From a virus (Duplodnaviria; Heunggongvirae; Uroviricota; Caudoviricetes): a DNA stretch of 34,834 bases. Location of the stretch: IMG/VR virus record IMGVR_UViG_2541047861_000007, positions 1 through 34,834 of that record; one strand, 5' to 3'. The notes beneath the pieces were generated by a model. It made no database searches, was not told the DNA's origin, and saw only the letters and a program-made list of their open reading frames with translations. Of this stretch, positions 1 through 10,340 are shown piece after piece. Within the stretch, counting starts at the first letter, position 1. Every line of letters starts with the position of its first letter. The position numbers and the translations under genes are program-made.

Positions 1-1293
<1,293 letters not shown>

Positions 1294-1314
1294 TACCCAA
1301 TTTTTCTGAATCTA

Positions 1315-1336
1315 AAAAGCGCCTGCGGGCGCTTTA
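1315..1336 (+). terminator. Rho-independent terminator candidate downstream of serS
   Basis: GC stem aaagcgcc/ggcgcttt with a 4-nt loop followed by a short T stretch, about 20 bp after the serS stop. Confidence 0.55.
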
Positions 1337-1410
1337 AGCAGAAGTTTAATTATTTGAAAATAAATGGATTTTATTTTTAAGTGTCCATATAACGTCCATC
1401 TTTGAATGCA

Positions 1411-1448
1411 AAAAGCCCATAGCATTCCATGCTATGGGCTTTGTTTTT
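1411..1448. terminator. Strong hairpin with flanking A and T tracts (bidirectional terminator candidate)
   Basis: aaaaagcccatagcat..atgctatgggctttgttttt: 13-bp stem, A-run before and T-run after. Confidence 0.6.
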
Positions 1449-1477
1449 GGTGTCCTCGTGAGTGAGGGAACCAAAAA

Positions 1478-1512
1478 GAAAACCCGCAGTTTTTACGCTG
1501 CGGGTTTGTTGT
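1478..1512. terminator. Second hairpin with flanking A and T tracts (bidirectional terminator candidate)
   Basis: aaaaagaaaacccgcag..ctgcgggtttgttgtt: 9-bp GC-rich stem plus T-rich tail. Confidence 0.55.
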
Positions 1513-1925
1513 TCATGTCTGTGAAATAGGGTGCCTTATCGACCTTACCCTGGCAACCGATTGACGGGGGATTGCTCCCCCGTCGCGGTTTCCTTACTGC
1601 TTACACTGTAAGAACGCCGCAAACTCCGCTCCCCAGAAGCTCATCCGTATTTCGCACAGCGAACCGTGCAGCATCCAGATGATGAGGATTACCGTCACGC
1701 AGAATGTGATGGCTGTAAGCGATTTTTGCGACATAGCGCTTGCTCCTTTGTTGGAGAGGCGCTAACCTATCACTTGCTTAAGGTAGATATGTTAGGGCCT
1801 CGGTTAAACAGAGATGTTTTCCGGGGCCTTTCCACATCTGGCCTTCGGGTATTCCCTCCGACCATCAGCCGAAAGGCACCCGCGCGTAATCTATCGCTTT
1901 TTTGTTACTCCGGCAATTCTGCCTG

Positions 1926-2186
1926 TTAATTCTGAGGTAAAGGCAAACTCATCTGATTGTTTCCCCTGTGTGAAGCTGGCAGCTCATGCCACGGGATACC
2001 TTCTGAAGAGTGAACGCCGGGGGCGTGTTTCGATGTGAATTTATGGAAAGCTTCCAGTGTTGAGAAACTTATGCCGCATTCCAGATTGTTACACTGGTAA
2101 TATTTTTTCCGTACGGTGTTTGAATCATTTTCCGAACGACTGGTGCGGATACGGGCAGATGCGCCACAAAGCGGACAACGGAACAT
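1926..2186 (-). CDS. ogr: Ogr/Delta-type zinc-finger late-gene transcription activator
   Basis: N-terminus MFRCPLCGASARIRTSR...YYQCNNLECGISF has the CxxC-(22)-CxxxxC zinc-finger arrangement and motif order of P2 Ogr. The ORF is 86 aa, longer at the C-terminus than P2 Ogr (72 aa). Confidence 0.85.
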   Translation of the reverse strand: MFRCPLCGASARIRTSRSENDSNTVRKKYYQCNNLECGISFSTLEAFHKFTSKHAPGVHSSEGIPWHELPASHRGNNQMSLPLPQN

Positions 2187-2364
2187 AGCGACCTCCCTTA
2201 ACGTGGTGCTGTCTCTATTCTAAGCTGTACAAGTTTTAATTCCAACTGACTGCCTACTTTGAACAAGAGATGAACTATTAATTTGGAGATCTCTGTGAGA
2301 CTGTTTTATACCGATGGATTAAGTAAGGCTATTTCTATATTAAGGTTAGTTTTGAATAAAAGAA

Positions 2365-2395
2365 TTTGTCAAAAAAGCATTTGGAGTAGACAATC
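2365..2395 (+). promoter_or_regulatory. Candidate sigma70 promoter for the TIR-domain gene
   Basis: ttgtca-(17)-gacaat upstream of a GGAG Shine-Dalgarno about 8 nt before the ATG at 2430; AT-rich context. Confidence 0.3.
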
Positions 2396-2429
2396 CTCTT
2401 TTCACATTGCTTAAGCAGGAGCTTAATGA

Positions 2430-3344
2430 ATGAAAACCGATTTGTTTATTTCATATGCTTGGACTTCAGATTCCCATAGAGAATGGGTTCGGTTGCTTGC
2501 AAGCCATCTCGACCTTATTGGTTATACGGTTAAAATCGATGAAGCTGTTAGATATGGTTCAAGCTTATCTGGTTTCATGCGAGAGGTTATCGAAACCGAT
2601 CATGTGTTGTTGATTGTCGATGATAATTATGTCGAACGCGCTAATAACAATCCGAATTCTGGAGTTGGTATTGAAAACAAATGGATAAGTGACGCTTTTA
2701 TGGAAAAGCCCTCGACATGGTTGTCAGTTATCTTTGTTCGAAATCCTGAGCGAAAACTACCTAAGTGGCTTGAGGGGCATAATCCTAAAGGGTTTGATTT
2801 TAATTCTAATTCTGATAGAAATGAATTTCCCGGCTCTATGCAGATCGATGCTATTTGGCGTTGGATTGAAGGGCTGCCGGCAGATAAAAAGTATTCAATC
2901 CCATTACCGGTTTATCGTCAACGTATTGCACGGCTTGAACATATTGATATTCTCCGAGCCCCTTCGCGTTATGCAAATCCAGCACTCAAGGGATGTGAGA
3001 TTTTTCGTTTCAGGGATTATTCCCACTATACGGTTGGTAACAGTGAGTACCAATTTAAAATAGTATTTAGTGCATGCTCTCATGATAGTGTTTACATCTA
3101 TATAGATTGTGAACTTAAAGCTATAGGATTGATCACATCTGTAGAATTCAATCCACAAACTGTCGAGTCTTTTTTAACTCCAGGTCGTTCTGTTAATGCG
3201 ACTGTCGGGCAAAAGGTAGTCCTACTAAACTCCTATGGGGTTCTGTGCATTGTAACAATTGATAATGTGCAACATGAGATTAATACCGCAGAGTATGTTC
3301 ATCCACATGTGGAGTTCTCATACGAAATACTTGAAAAAAACTAG
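2430..3344 (+). CDS. TIR-domain protein with an uncharacterised C-terminal domain (candidate defence/abortive-infection cargo)
   Basis: 304-aa ORF. The N-terminal 130 aa (DLFISYAWTSDSHREWVRLLASHLDLIGYTVKIDEAV..GSSLSGFMREVIETDHVLLIVDDNYVERANN) follow the classic TIR pattern (FISY, W..L, G..V..D, I.LLS..Y..S). The C-terminal 170 aa have no motif I recognise. Strongly AT-rich, opposite strand to flanking D and ogr. Confidence 0.65.
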   Translation: MKTDLFISYAWTSDSHREWVRLLASHLDLIGYTVKIDEAVRYGSSLSGFMREVIETDHVLLIVDDNYVERANNNPNSGVGIENKWISDAFMEKPSTWLSVIFVRNPERKLPKWLEGHNPKGFDFNSNSDRNEFPGSMQIDAIWRWIEGLPADKKYSIPLPVYRQRIARLEHIDILRAPSRYANPALKGCEIFRFRDYSHYTVGNSEYQFKIVFSACSHDSVYIYIDCELKAIGLITSVEFNPQTVESFLTPGRSVNATVGQKVVLLNSYGVLCIVTIDNVQHEINTAEYVHPHVEFSYEILEKN

Positions 3345-3490
3345 TGCCACATTATAAAAACTTCAGCGATTCTCATACTCCATTTTACTGATAACGTCCG
3401 CTCTTGGTGCAGAGCGGACTACTACTAGATAAGGTATAGTTTTGTCTGTAATCGTGTTTTTTTTAGGGGTGAGCAATACATCTAAGTTGC

Positions 3491-4591
3491 TCACTCTGTT
3501 TCTGCTATCCATTCCGGGATTTTTGCCTCAAGCTCAAGCTGTGTGGTAAAGCCGCTGTTATCAATGGTGTGCTCGGCTTTTGCAATAATCCAGTCCTGAT
3601 TATCAATCTCGCTTTTAAATCCTGTTACCGTGCCATGCATTTCGGGGTAGAGTTCTGCACGTCCACGTGCCAGCGTGATGGAGAATGATGCGGCTCCGCG
3701 TTGTAGCTGCTGCCACTTTGCCGCCGCTGCACGTCTTGCTGCCTGCTCGTTCTGATAAGTCTTGCGTAACACAAACACGTTGCCTTCCGCACCTTCCATA
3801 TAGTCACCTTCACGGCTGCTGCTTTTCTCCTTTTTCGGTTTGCGGCGTTTCACGCTGACTTTTTTCTTTTTCCCGTAATTAAGATCAAGCCAGTAAGCGC
3901 GTCCCCCCGTATACGCTTCGCGGTCAGCAATGCGGAACTGATGGCGATCGCCACTGCTGCGCGTGATGGCGAACGAGGGCAACGGCTGGCCCTGTGCGTT
4001 CACGCCACCGCCTGGCATGATGAATAACAGATTACCGCTTTTTACCGTAGTGATTGCGCCCAACATTTCCGCCATGCGCGTAAGGAAGGACATGTCGCTT
4101 TCTTCGGTCTGGTCGGCGTGGTCGATTTCGATATCCATCAGCATTTCGCTGATTTGCGGTTTCAGACCGTACCGATGAGCGATGGCGGATACCACGCGCT
4201 CAACGGTCACATCATGCCAGGATACTTCACGTTTAACGTTAAATTCATCCCGAAAATCTGCGCTTCTGGCTGAAACAGTCAGCCTGTCCGGCGGTCCTTC
4301 GTGTGCGATTTCATCAACAATGTAAGACCCTTTTTCTGTCAGCGGTTCGCCTTTCCAGCCAATGAGAACCGTCAGGCGCGCGCCCCGTGGCGGTAGCTGC
4401 AACTGACCATCCGCATCATCCAGCGTGATGGTGAGCTGGTCTGCCTCAAATCCCCGGTTGTCGGTCAGCGACAGGCTCATCAGGCGCTCTGCCACGCCGG
4501 ACAGCGTTTTACCCTCCGCGAGAATATCAAAATCCGGCATTTTCACGGGGTCTGTGCTCTGACTGAGCAATTGCATGGTGGTGTCGGTCAT
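3491..4591 (-). CDS. D: Tail protein D (late control gene D family, baseplate hub)
   Basis: Translation has the length and character of phage gpD-family proteins. Start placed at the ATG preceded by AGGGAGG (MTDTTMQLL) rather than the upstream end of the open frame. Confidence 0.8.
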   Translation of the reverse strand: MTDTTMQLLSQSTDPVKMPDFDILAEGKTLSGVAERLMSLSLTDNRGFEADQLTITLDDADGQLQLPPRGARLTVLIGWKGEPLTEKGSYIVDEIAHEGPPDRLTVSARSADFRDEFNVKREVSWHDVTVERVVSAIAHRYGLKPQISEMLMDIEIDHADQTEESDMSFLTRMAEMLGAITTVKSGNLLFIMPGGGVNAQGQPLPSFAITRSSGDRHQFRIADREAYTGGRAYWLDLNYGKKKKVSVKRRKPKKEKSSSREGDYMEGAEGNVFVLRKTYQNEQAARRAAAAKWQQLQRGAASFSITLARGRAELYPEMHGTVTGFKSEIDNQDWIIAKAEHTIDNSGFTTQLELEAKIPEWIAETE

Positions 4592-4748
4592 CTGCTCCCT
4601 CCCTGTGCGGCATGGTCGCATGTGTGTGCGGGCGGGGTTACTGCTTTTTGTTGTCGCCGGGCGGCAAGAACGGCGCAGGGGTGAGATTACGCGCGTGGTG
4701 GGTGATGATTGTTGCCGAATCATTTAACGGATACAAGGGGCTGAAGCT

Positions 4749-5933
4749 ATGAGTGAAACTCGTTTTCATGGTGCCCGTGTTACGGAAAATACCGACCTGG
4801 TAACAGCGATTAACGATGTTGATTCCAGCGTTATCGGTATCGTGGCAACGGCGGATGATGCGGACGCGAAGCTGTTCCCGCTGAACAAGCCCACACTGCT
4901 GACCCGCGTCAATGACGTGCTGGGAAAATGCGGGACAACGGGGACGCTTTATCGTGCGCTTAAGGCCATCGCAGACCAGGTGAGCACGAAGGTGATCGTC
5001 GTTCGCGTGGCTGAACACAAAGAAGAAGACGGAAAGACGCAGGATCAACTGGTTATCGGTGGTTCTGAGGATGACGGCAGCTATACGGGGATGTATGCGC
5101 TGCTTGTTGCAGAGCAGGATGAAAGCATCGGATACCGTCCGCGTATTCTGGCCGCGCCGGAGCTGGACACGGAGGCTGTAACAAAATCCCTGTGCGTGAT
5201 TGCAGGTAAACTGCGCGCGTTTGTGTATGCCGCATGTCATGGCTGTAACACGATGGCTGAGTCGATTACCTACCGCCAGAAATTCAACGAACGTGAGGTG
5301 ATGCTCTTATGGCCGGACTTCATCGCCTACAACCCGAAAAGTGGCAAAAACGAAACGTTCCCCGCGCCTGCCTATGCGTGCGGCCTTCGTGCGTACATTG
5401 ACCATGAGCAGGGCTGGCACAAATCACTGTCCAACGTTCCGGTTAAAAATGTGCTGGGGATGTCGAGGCATGTGTTCTGGTCGTTGCAGGCCGAAGACAG
5501 CGATGCCAACAGCCTCAACAACAAAGAAATCACGACCATTATTCGTCGCAACGGGTTCCGCTTCTGGGGCAACCGCACACCGGAAACGAACGCCTACATC
5601 TTTGAGGTGTATACCCGAACCGCACAGGTGCTGGCTGATTCAATTGCGGAAGCGCAGTTTGAAACCATCGACAGTCCACTGACGCCTGCGAACGTGAAGG
5701 ATGTTATCAGTGCCATCAGGGCAAAACTGGATTCACTGGTTACTGCCGGGAAACTGATTGGCGCAGAGTGCTGGTATGACGTGGTGGATAACAGCACCAC
5801 GGATTTACGTCAGGGGCGTGTGCGTATTCGCTACAAATATACGCCCGTTCCGCCACTGGAAGACATGGAGCTTTACCAGACGTTTACTGATGAATACTTT
5901 GAACCCGCATTTGCGGTGCTGGGAGGTGCCTGA
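4749..5933 (+). CDS. FI: Contractile tail sheath protein FI
   Basis: 394 aa, motif-by-motif similarity to P2 gpFI (FPLNKP, KLRAF, WPDF, QGWHKSLSNV, RRNGFRFWGNRT, YTRTAQVLADS, YTPVPPLE). Confidence 0.95.
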   Translation: MSETRFHGARVTENTDLVTAINDVDSSVIGIVATADDADAKLFPLNKPTLLTRVNDVLGKCGTTGTLYRALKAIADQVSTKVIVVRVAEHKEEDGKTQDQLVIGGSEDDGSYTGMYALLVAEQDESIGYRPRILAAPELDTEAVTKSLCVIAGKLRAFVYAACHGCNTMAESITYRQKFNEREVMLLWPDFIAYNPKSGKNETFPAPAYACGLRAYIDHEQGWHKSLSNVPVKNVLGMSRHVFWSLQAEDSDANSLNNKEITTIIRRNGFRFWGNRTPETNAYIFEVYTRTAQVLADSIAEAQFETIDSPLTPANVKDVISAIRAKLDSLVTAGKLIGAECWYDVVDNSTTDLRQGRVRIRYKYTPVPPLEDMELYQTFTDEYFEPAFAVLGGA

Positions 5934-6445
5934 TGGCTGTGCCAAAACATCTTCGCTTTTTTACGCTGTTTGTGGATGGCGAAAACGAAGTGGGTAAGGT
6001 GACGTCCGTCACTCTGCCTAAGCTGACGCGCAAAACCGACAGCTACCGGGGTGGTGGCATGATGGGGGCGGTAAGTATTGATCTCGGCCTGGACGACTCC
6101 GCGCTTGATGCGAGCTTTGTCATGGGGGGCGCAGTTCGTGAGCTGTTCCTTAAGTATGGCGGCACGATTGACGGCACACTGCTGCGTTTTGCGGGTGAAT
6201 ACTACACCGATGCAGAAAGCGACCTGTATGAAGTCGAAATGCGCGGACGTGTGACGGAAATTGATATGGGGGAAGCCAAACAGGGCGAAGCCACATCACA
6301 CACTTACGCCATTAAAAACACCTACTACAAGCTGAGCGTTAACGATCGCCCGTTGTGGGAGATTGACCTGCTGAACTTCATTTACCGGAAGGACGGCAAG
6401 GACATTGCGCCCGATCGCATCCGTTCCGCGCTTGGGCTTGGCTGA
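5933..6445 (+). CDS. FII: Tail tube protein FII
   Basis: 170 aa directly after FI with an overlapping stop/start; size and position match P2 gpFII. Confidence 0.9.
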   Translation: MAVPKHLRFFTLFVDGENEVGKVTSVTLPKLTRKTDSYRGGGMMGAVSIDLGLDDSALDASFVMGGAVRELFLKYGGTIDGTLLRFAGEYYTDAESDLYEVEMRGRVTEIDMGEAKQGEATSHTYAIKNTYYKLSVNDRPLWEIDLLNFIYRKDGKDIAPDRIRSALGLG

Positions 6446-6500
6446 TAAGTAATATGCAGGCGGCGCAGTGCGTCGCCTCTGACTGAAAAGGAGACCACTG

Positions 6501-6875
6501 ATGAAAAACATCGATACTGAAACCCAGAATAACACCGTGGCGGATGATGTGACGGCAGATGAGGATATGGCTGTCGAACGTGGTGTAAAACTTTCCCGGC
6601 CAATTGAGCGTGGCGGCGAAAAAATCACGTATGTGGAGATCACCGGGGCTATTGAGCAGGCTGGATCCCTGCGAGGTTTGTCGCTGTCTGATGTGCTGAA
6701 TCTGAAAGCGGATACCATGTTCACGCTGTTGCCTCGCGTGACTTCGCCACGACTGGATGAAGTGATGATTAAAAAAATGTCGTCACGCGATTTTATTCAG
6801 TTGTGCGCTGTGGCTGTAAATTTTATGAGCGAGCCAGACTCTGGCGCGAAGAGCGTGCAGGAGACGGCAGCGTAA
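6501..6875 (+). CDS. E: Tail assembly chaperone E (frame-0 product)
   Basis: 124-aa ORF between tail tube and tape measure, acidic N-terminus, at the position of P2 gene E. Confidence 0.85.
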   Translation: MKNIDTETQNNTVADDVTADEDMAVERGVKLSRPIERGGEKITYVEITGAIEQAGSLRGLSLSDVLNLKADTMFTLLPRVTSPRLDEVMIKKMSSRDFIQLCAVAVNFMSEPDSGAKSVQETAA

Positions 6876-7039
6876 TCACCCTGGTGTGCTTTGAGCACAT
6901 CGAAGATCTGGTGGCGGATATTGCCGCCATTTTTAACTGGTCGCCCGCCGAAATCTTCATGATGACGCCCGGCGAAGTGGTTAGCTGGCGTGAGCGGGCG
7001 GCACTTCGCAGCGGGAATGCAGACAATGAAGACTCTTGA
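6501..7039 (+). CDS. E+E' fusion produced by programmed -1 frameshift (slip site not fixed)
   Basis: The -1 frame is open from 6773 to the stop at 7037..7039 and encodes LVCFEHIEDLVADIAAIFNWSPAEIFMMTPGEVVSWRERAALRSG, the E'-type extension. Candidate slip sites are the A7 run near 6771..6777 and TTTTATT/TTTTATG heptamers at about 6791 and 6821. Confidence 0.6.
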
Positions 7040-9833
7040 TATCCGGGTCGCTTTCAGCGCCGTTGACAGGCTGACCCGGCCTGCCGAAAACGCCCGCCGC
7101 CTGATGGGGCAGTTTGGTGACTCTATCCAGCGAACGCAGGGGGCGATCAAAAATCTCGAGCGTCAGGCGCGTTCATTTGAGCGCGCCCGTGACGCTGTCA
7201 GTAAAGCGGATGCGGGCATCGTAAAAGCACGACGCCAGCTTAACGCCCTTAATCAGTTACAACGCACGGGTACAGTGCTCAGCGAAAAACAGCAAAAGCT
7301 GATGCAGCAGTTAAGCACCCGGCTTGAACGCCTGAATGAATCGCGCACACGGGAAATTCAGAAAATGCGGGAGCTTGGCGGAGAGCTGAAACGCCACGGC
7401 ATTTCCCTGACAGGCAGCGATAACACCATCCAGCAGGCCATCAGACGCACCGAACAGTACAACAACCAGCTTGAACGCGAACGGCAGGCGCTTGCGCGTG
7501 TAACGCGGGCGCGTGAGCGGTATTCGCGCGCGCAGGAAACTGCGGGAAAACTGAAAACAGGTGGTGCGCTGGCAATTGGTGCGGCAGCGGCTGGCGGTTA
7601 TGCCGCCGGGCGTTTTTTGCAGCCTGCGATCGGGTTCGGGAAAGAGATGTCCCGCGTTCAGGCGCTGACGCGAATCGACAAAAACAGCCCGCAGTTTAAG
7701 GCGCTGCGTGAGCAGGCGTTAAAACTTGGCTCTGAAACGCAGTTCACCGCAGGCGATGCCGCCAGTGGACAGGCATTTCTTGCAATGGCTGGCTTCACTC
7801 CGCAGGCCATTCAGGCTGCGCTTCCCGGCGTACTGAGCATGGCAACGGCTGGCGGTATGGATCTCGGCGAGACGGCAGATATTGGCTCAAATATCCTGAC
7901 GCAGTTCGGCCTTTCTGCTGACCAGATGGACCGGGTCGGTGACACACTCACCGCAGCGTTTACCCGTACCAACACTGACCTTCGCGCACTGGGCGAAACC
8001 ATGAAATATGCAGGTCCGGTGGCGGGTAAGCTGGGAATATCGCTGGAGCAGGCCGCAGCGATGGCTGGCGTGCTGGCGAATATGGGCATCAGAGGGAGTG
8101 ATGCCGGGACGGCAATGCGTGCCAGCCTGGCTCGTCTGGCATCACCGCCAAAGGCAGCGGCAGAAGCGCTGAAAGAACTGGGCGTGTCCGTCTCGGATGC
8201 CGGGGGCAAAATGCGCCCGATGGAAGATCTGCTGGCTGACCTTTATAAAGCTACCCGCAAATACGGGGAAGTTGACCGGGTATCCTTCTTTAAGGACATC
8301 GCCGGGGAAGAGGCTTTCACATCGTTTATGGCACTCGTTGATGCGGCGGGTGACGGTTCCTTACCCAAACTGAGAAAAGAACTTGAGGGCGCACGCGGTG
8401 AGGCTGAACGCACGGCAAAGGTTATGGCCGACAACCTTGATGGCGACCTGAAAAATCTCGACAGCGCATGGGAAGGTCTTCGTATTCGCATCAGTGATCT
8501 GGTTGACGGTTCGCTGCGTTCTGTCACGCAGTGGCTAACGCGGGTGGTCTCAAAAGTGACGGCACTGGCGCAGGCCCATCCTGTACTGACGCGCCAGCTA
8601 CTGATTGCAGGCGGTGCGCTGCTGGCAGTGACTGCAACCGTAGGCTCGTTGTCGCTTGCTCTTGGTGTGCTTGCTGGCCCACTGGCAAAACTGCGTCTTG
8701 GTTTTTCCCTCCTGACCGGATCAATGAATGCTGTCAGGCTCCTGCCTGCACTATGGGGAATGGTGACGGGTTCCGTTTCGTTACTGGGGGGCGCTATCGG
8801 GGCGCTGTTCAGCCCGGTCGGATTGATTGCTGCTGCGTTTGTGGCTGCGGCAGTTCTCATCTGGAAATACTGGGAACCCATCAAGGCGTTTTATGCCGGG
8901 GTGTTCAGCGGGATTATGGAGCGGCTGGCCCCGTTACGCGAAACCTTTGAACGGTTTGGTCCTGTTTTTGACGCAATCGGAAGCGGGATCAGCCAGGTGT
9001 TTAACTGGTTTAAATCGCTGTTGTCACCGATGGAGTCCAGCAAGGAAACGCTGGATAAATGCACAAGTGCTGGCGAGGTATTCGGTAACGTTCTTGGCGG
9101 TGCGTTACAGCTTGTCCTGACGCCTGCAAAAATGCTGCTGGATACGTTGGCGTGGATACTTGAAAAACTCGGTGTTCTTCCGGATGAAGCGGAAAGGGCG
9201 CGCAAGAAAATCGAAGACGCACAGCGTGCGGCCATTCTTCAGGACAAGGTTGCTCTGTTTCAGGGAGACATTGCGAAAATCAATCCGCCGAAGTCTGCGG
9301 AAAATGGCAATGGCACCGGAGGCGATAAACCCAAAGACAACAAACCGCTCACAGACAGCAATACCGGTACGCTACGCAGACTCAGCAAGATTGCTGATAA
9401 CACAGGTAAGCTGGTTGATGAGACGAAAAAACGCATTGGCCCTGGCGATATTGTCTTTAAGAACCTGCCCCGCGCACTTGCTGTTCGTGGGGAGTGGCAG
9501 GAGCGGAAGATTGCGCAGGTCAGTAAGCCTGCCCCCGCAATTAAGATCGCACCCGTGGTCCAGGCTCCGCTGCCTCCGGCGCTGGTCCCTGTTGTTGCGG
9601 CCAGCTCCCGCCCGGTGGCGGAGGCCATACGATCGCCAGTGGCGTCAGTTCCTGCAACTTCCCGTAACCGGGAGCCTGTTGCCTCCGGATTTGGCGGTGA
9701 AATTCATGTTCATCTGCATAACGTTGTTACGCAGAATCCCCGCGAACTGGCGAAACTGGTCGGTGAAATGGTCAGGGCAGAAATGGAACGGCGCGCCCGT
9801 GCCGGGCGTGGCAGTTTTTACGATAAAGATTGA
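7017..9833 (+). CDS. T: Tail tape measure protein T
   Basis: Long ORF after E/E' with an N-terminal coiled-coil region, Ala/Gly-rich hydrophobic central segments and a C-terminal domain. Start is ambiguous (GTG 6990, ATG 7017 or ATG 7026). Confidence 0.9.
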   Translation: MQTMKTLDIRVAFSAVDRLTRPAENARRLMGQFGDSIQRTQGAIKNLERQARSFERARDAVSKADAGIVKARRQLNALNQLQRTGTVLSEKQQKLMQQLSTRLERLNESRTREIQKMRELGGELKRHGISLTGSDNTIQQAIRRTEQYNNQLERERQALARVTRARERYSRAQETAGKLKTGGALAIGAAAAGGYAAGRFLQPAIGFGKEMSRVQALTRIDKNSPQFKALREQALKLGSETQFTAGDAASGQAFLAMAGFTPQAIQAALPGVLSMATAGGMDLGETADIGSNILTQFGLSADQMDRVGDTLTAAFTRTNTDLRALGETMKYAGPVAGKLGISLEQAAAMAGVLANMGIRGSDAGTAMRASLARLASPPKAAAEALKELGVSVSDAGGKMRPMEDLLADLYKATRKYGEVDRVSFFKDIAGEEAFTSFMALVDAAGDGSLPKLRKELEGARGEAERTAKVMADNLDGDLKNLDSAWEGLRIRISDLVDGSLRSVTQWLTRVVSKVTALAQAHPVLTRQLLIAGGALLAVTATVGSLSLALGVLAGPLAKLRLGFSLLTGSMNAVRLLPALWGMVTGSVSLLGGAIGALFSPVGLIAAAFVAAAVLIWKYWEPIKAFYAGVFSGIMERLAPLRETFERFGPVFDAIGSGISQVFNWFKSLLSPMESSKETLDKCTSAGEVFGNVLGGALQLVLTPAKMLLDTLAWILEKLGVLPDEAERARKKIEDAQRAAILQDKVALFQGDIAKINPPKSAENGNGTGGDKPKDNKPLTDSNTGTLRRLSKIADNTGKLVDETKKRIGPGDIVFKNLPRALAVRGEWQERKIAQVSKPAPAIKIAPVVQAPLPPALVPVVAASSRPVAEAIRSPVASVPATSRNREPVASGFGGEIHVHLHNVVTQNPRELAKLVGEMVRAEMERRARAGRGSFYDKD

Positions 9834-9839
9834 GGAGTC

Positions 9840-10334
9840 ATGGCCATGATGATGATCTACGGCATGTTTGTTTTTGAGTTGCGCACATTGCCGCATCAGC
9901 AGTTACAGCAAAATAAAAGCTGGCGACATGTGAAAAATGAACGCGTTAACCGTTCAGCAAGCTGGCAGTATATCGGGGCAGGCGATGATCGCATCGTTCT
10001 TTCTGGTGTGCTTTATCCTGAAATTACAGGTGGCGAAGTGTCGCTGTCGCTGCTGACCACGCAGGCGTATACAGGACGCCCCTGGCCTCTTATTGATGGC
10101 GTCGGGCAGATTTACGGCATGTATGTCCTGACCGAAACGAATACGACCCGTTCCGAGTTTGATCGCTACGGTAAGGCGAAAAAGATAGAATTTTCACTGA
10201 CTCTTGAACGCTGTGATGAGGATTTGCGGGAGCGCCTGCAATCCTCATCGTTCAGTGATATGCTGTCCGGCTTCAAAGATAAGGTCACATCATCCCTTAA
10301 CAGCGCGGCCAGCTCCGTTAAAGGGCTGTTTTGA
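9840..10334 (+). CDS. U: Tail protein U
   Basis: 164 aa; IYGMFVFELRTLPHQQLQ..VLYPEITGG..AWPLIDGVGQIYGMYVL parallels P2 gpU. Confidence 0.9.
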   Translation: MAMMMIYGMFVFELRTLPHQQLQQNKSWRHVKNERVNRSASWQYIGAGDDRIVLSGVLYPEITGGEVSLSLLTTQAYTGRPWPLIDGVGQIYGMYVLTETNTTRSEFDRYGKAKKIEFSLTLERCDEDLRERLQSSSFSDMLSGFKDKVTSSLNSAASSVKGLF

Positions 10335-10340
10335 TTAACG

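Noticed and set aside
1666-2038. ORFs 1666..1929 and 1814..2038 in the serS-ogr interval
   Set aside because: No RBS, poor coding character, and they overlap the ogr 3' end; more likely non-coding junction/att DNA.
2689-3158. ORFs 2689..3063 (+) and 2904..3158 (-) inside the TIR-domain gene
   Set aside because: Alternative-frame or antisense ORFs in AT-rich DNA with hydrophobic low-complexity translations; the in-frame TIR ORF has the RBS and the recognisable domain.
4638-5240. 200-aa minus-strand ORF overlapping the start of the tail sheath gene
   Set aside because: Antisense to a strongly supported FI gene and upstream of the more plausible D start with its AGGGAGG RBS; treated as an artefactual extension.
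7811-9849. Multiple long alternative-frame ORFs within the tape measure gene (for example 8243..8884, 9160..9849)
   Set aside because: Typical shadow ORFs of a GC-rich, Ala/Gly-rich gene; translations are Ala/Arg/Ser/Pro-rich with no start-site signals.
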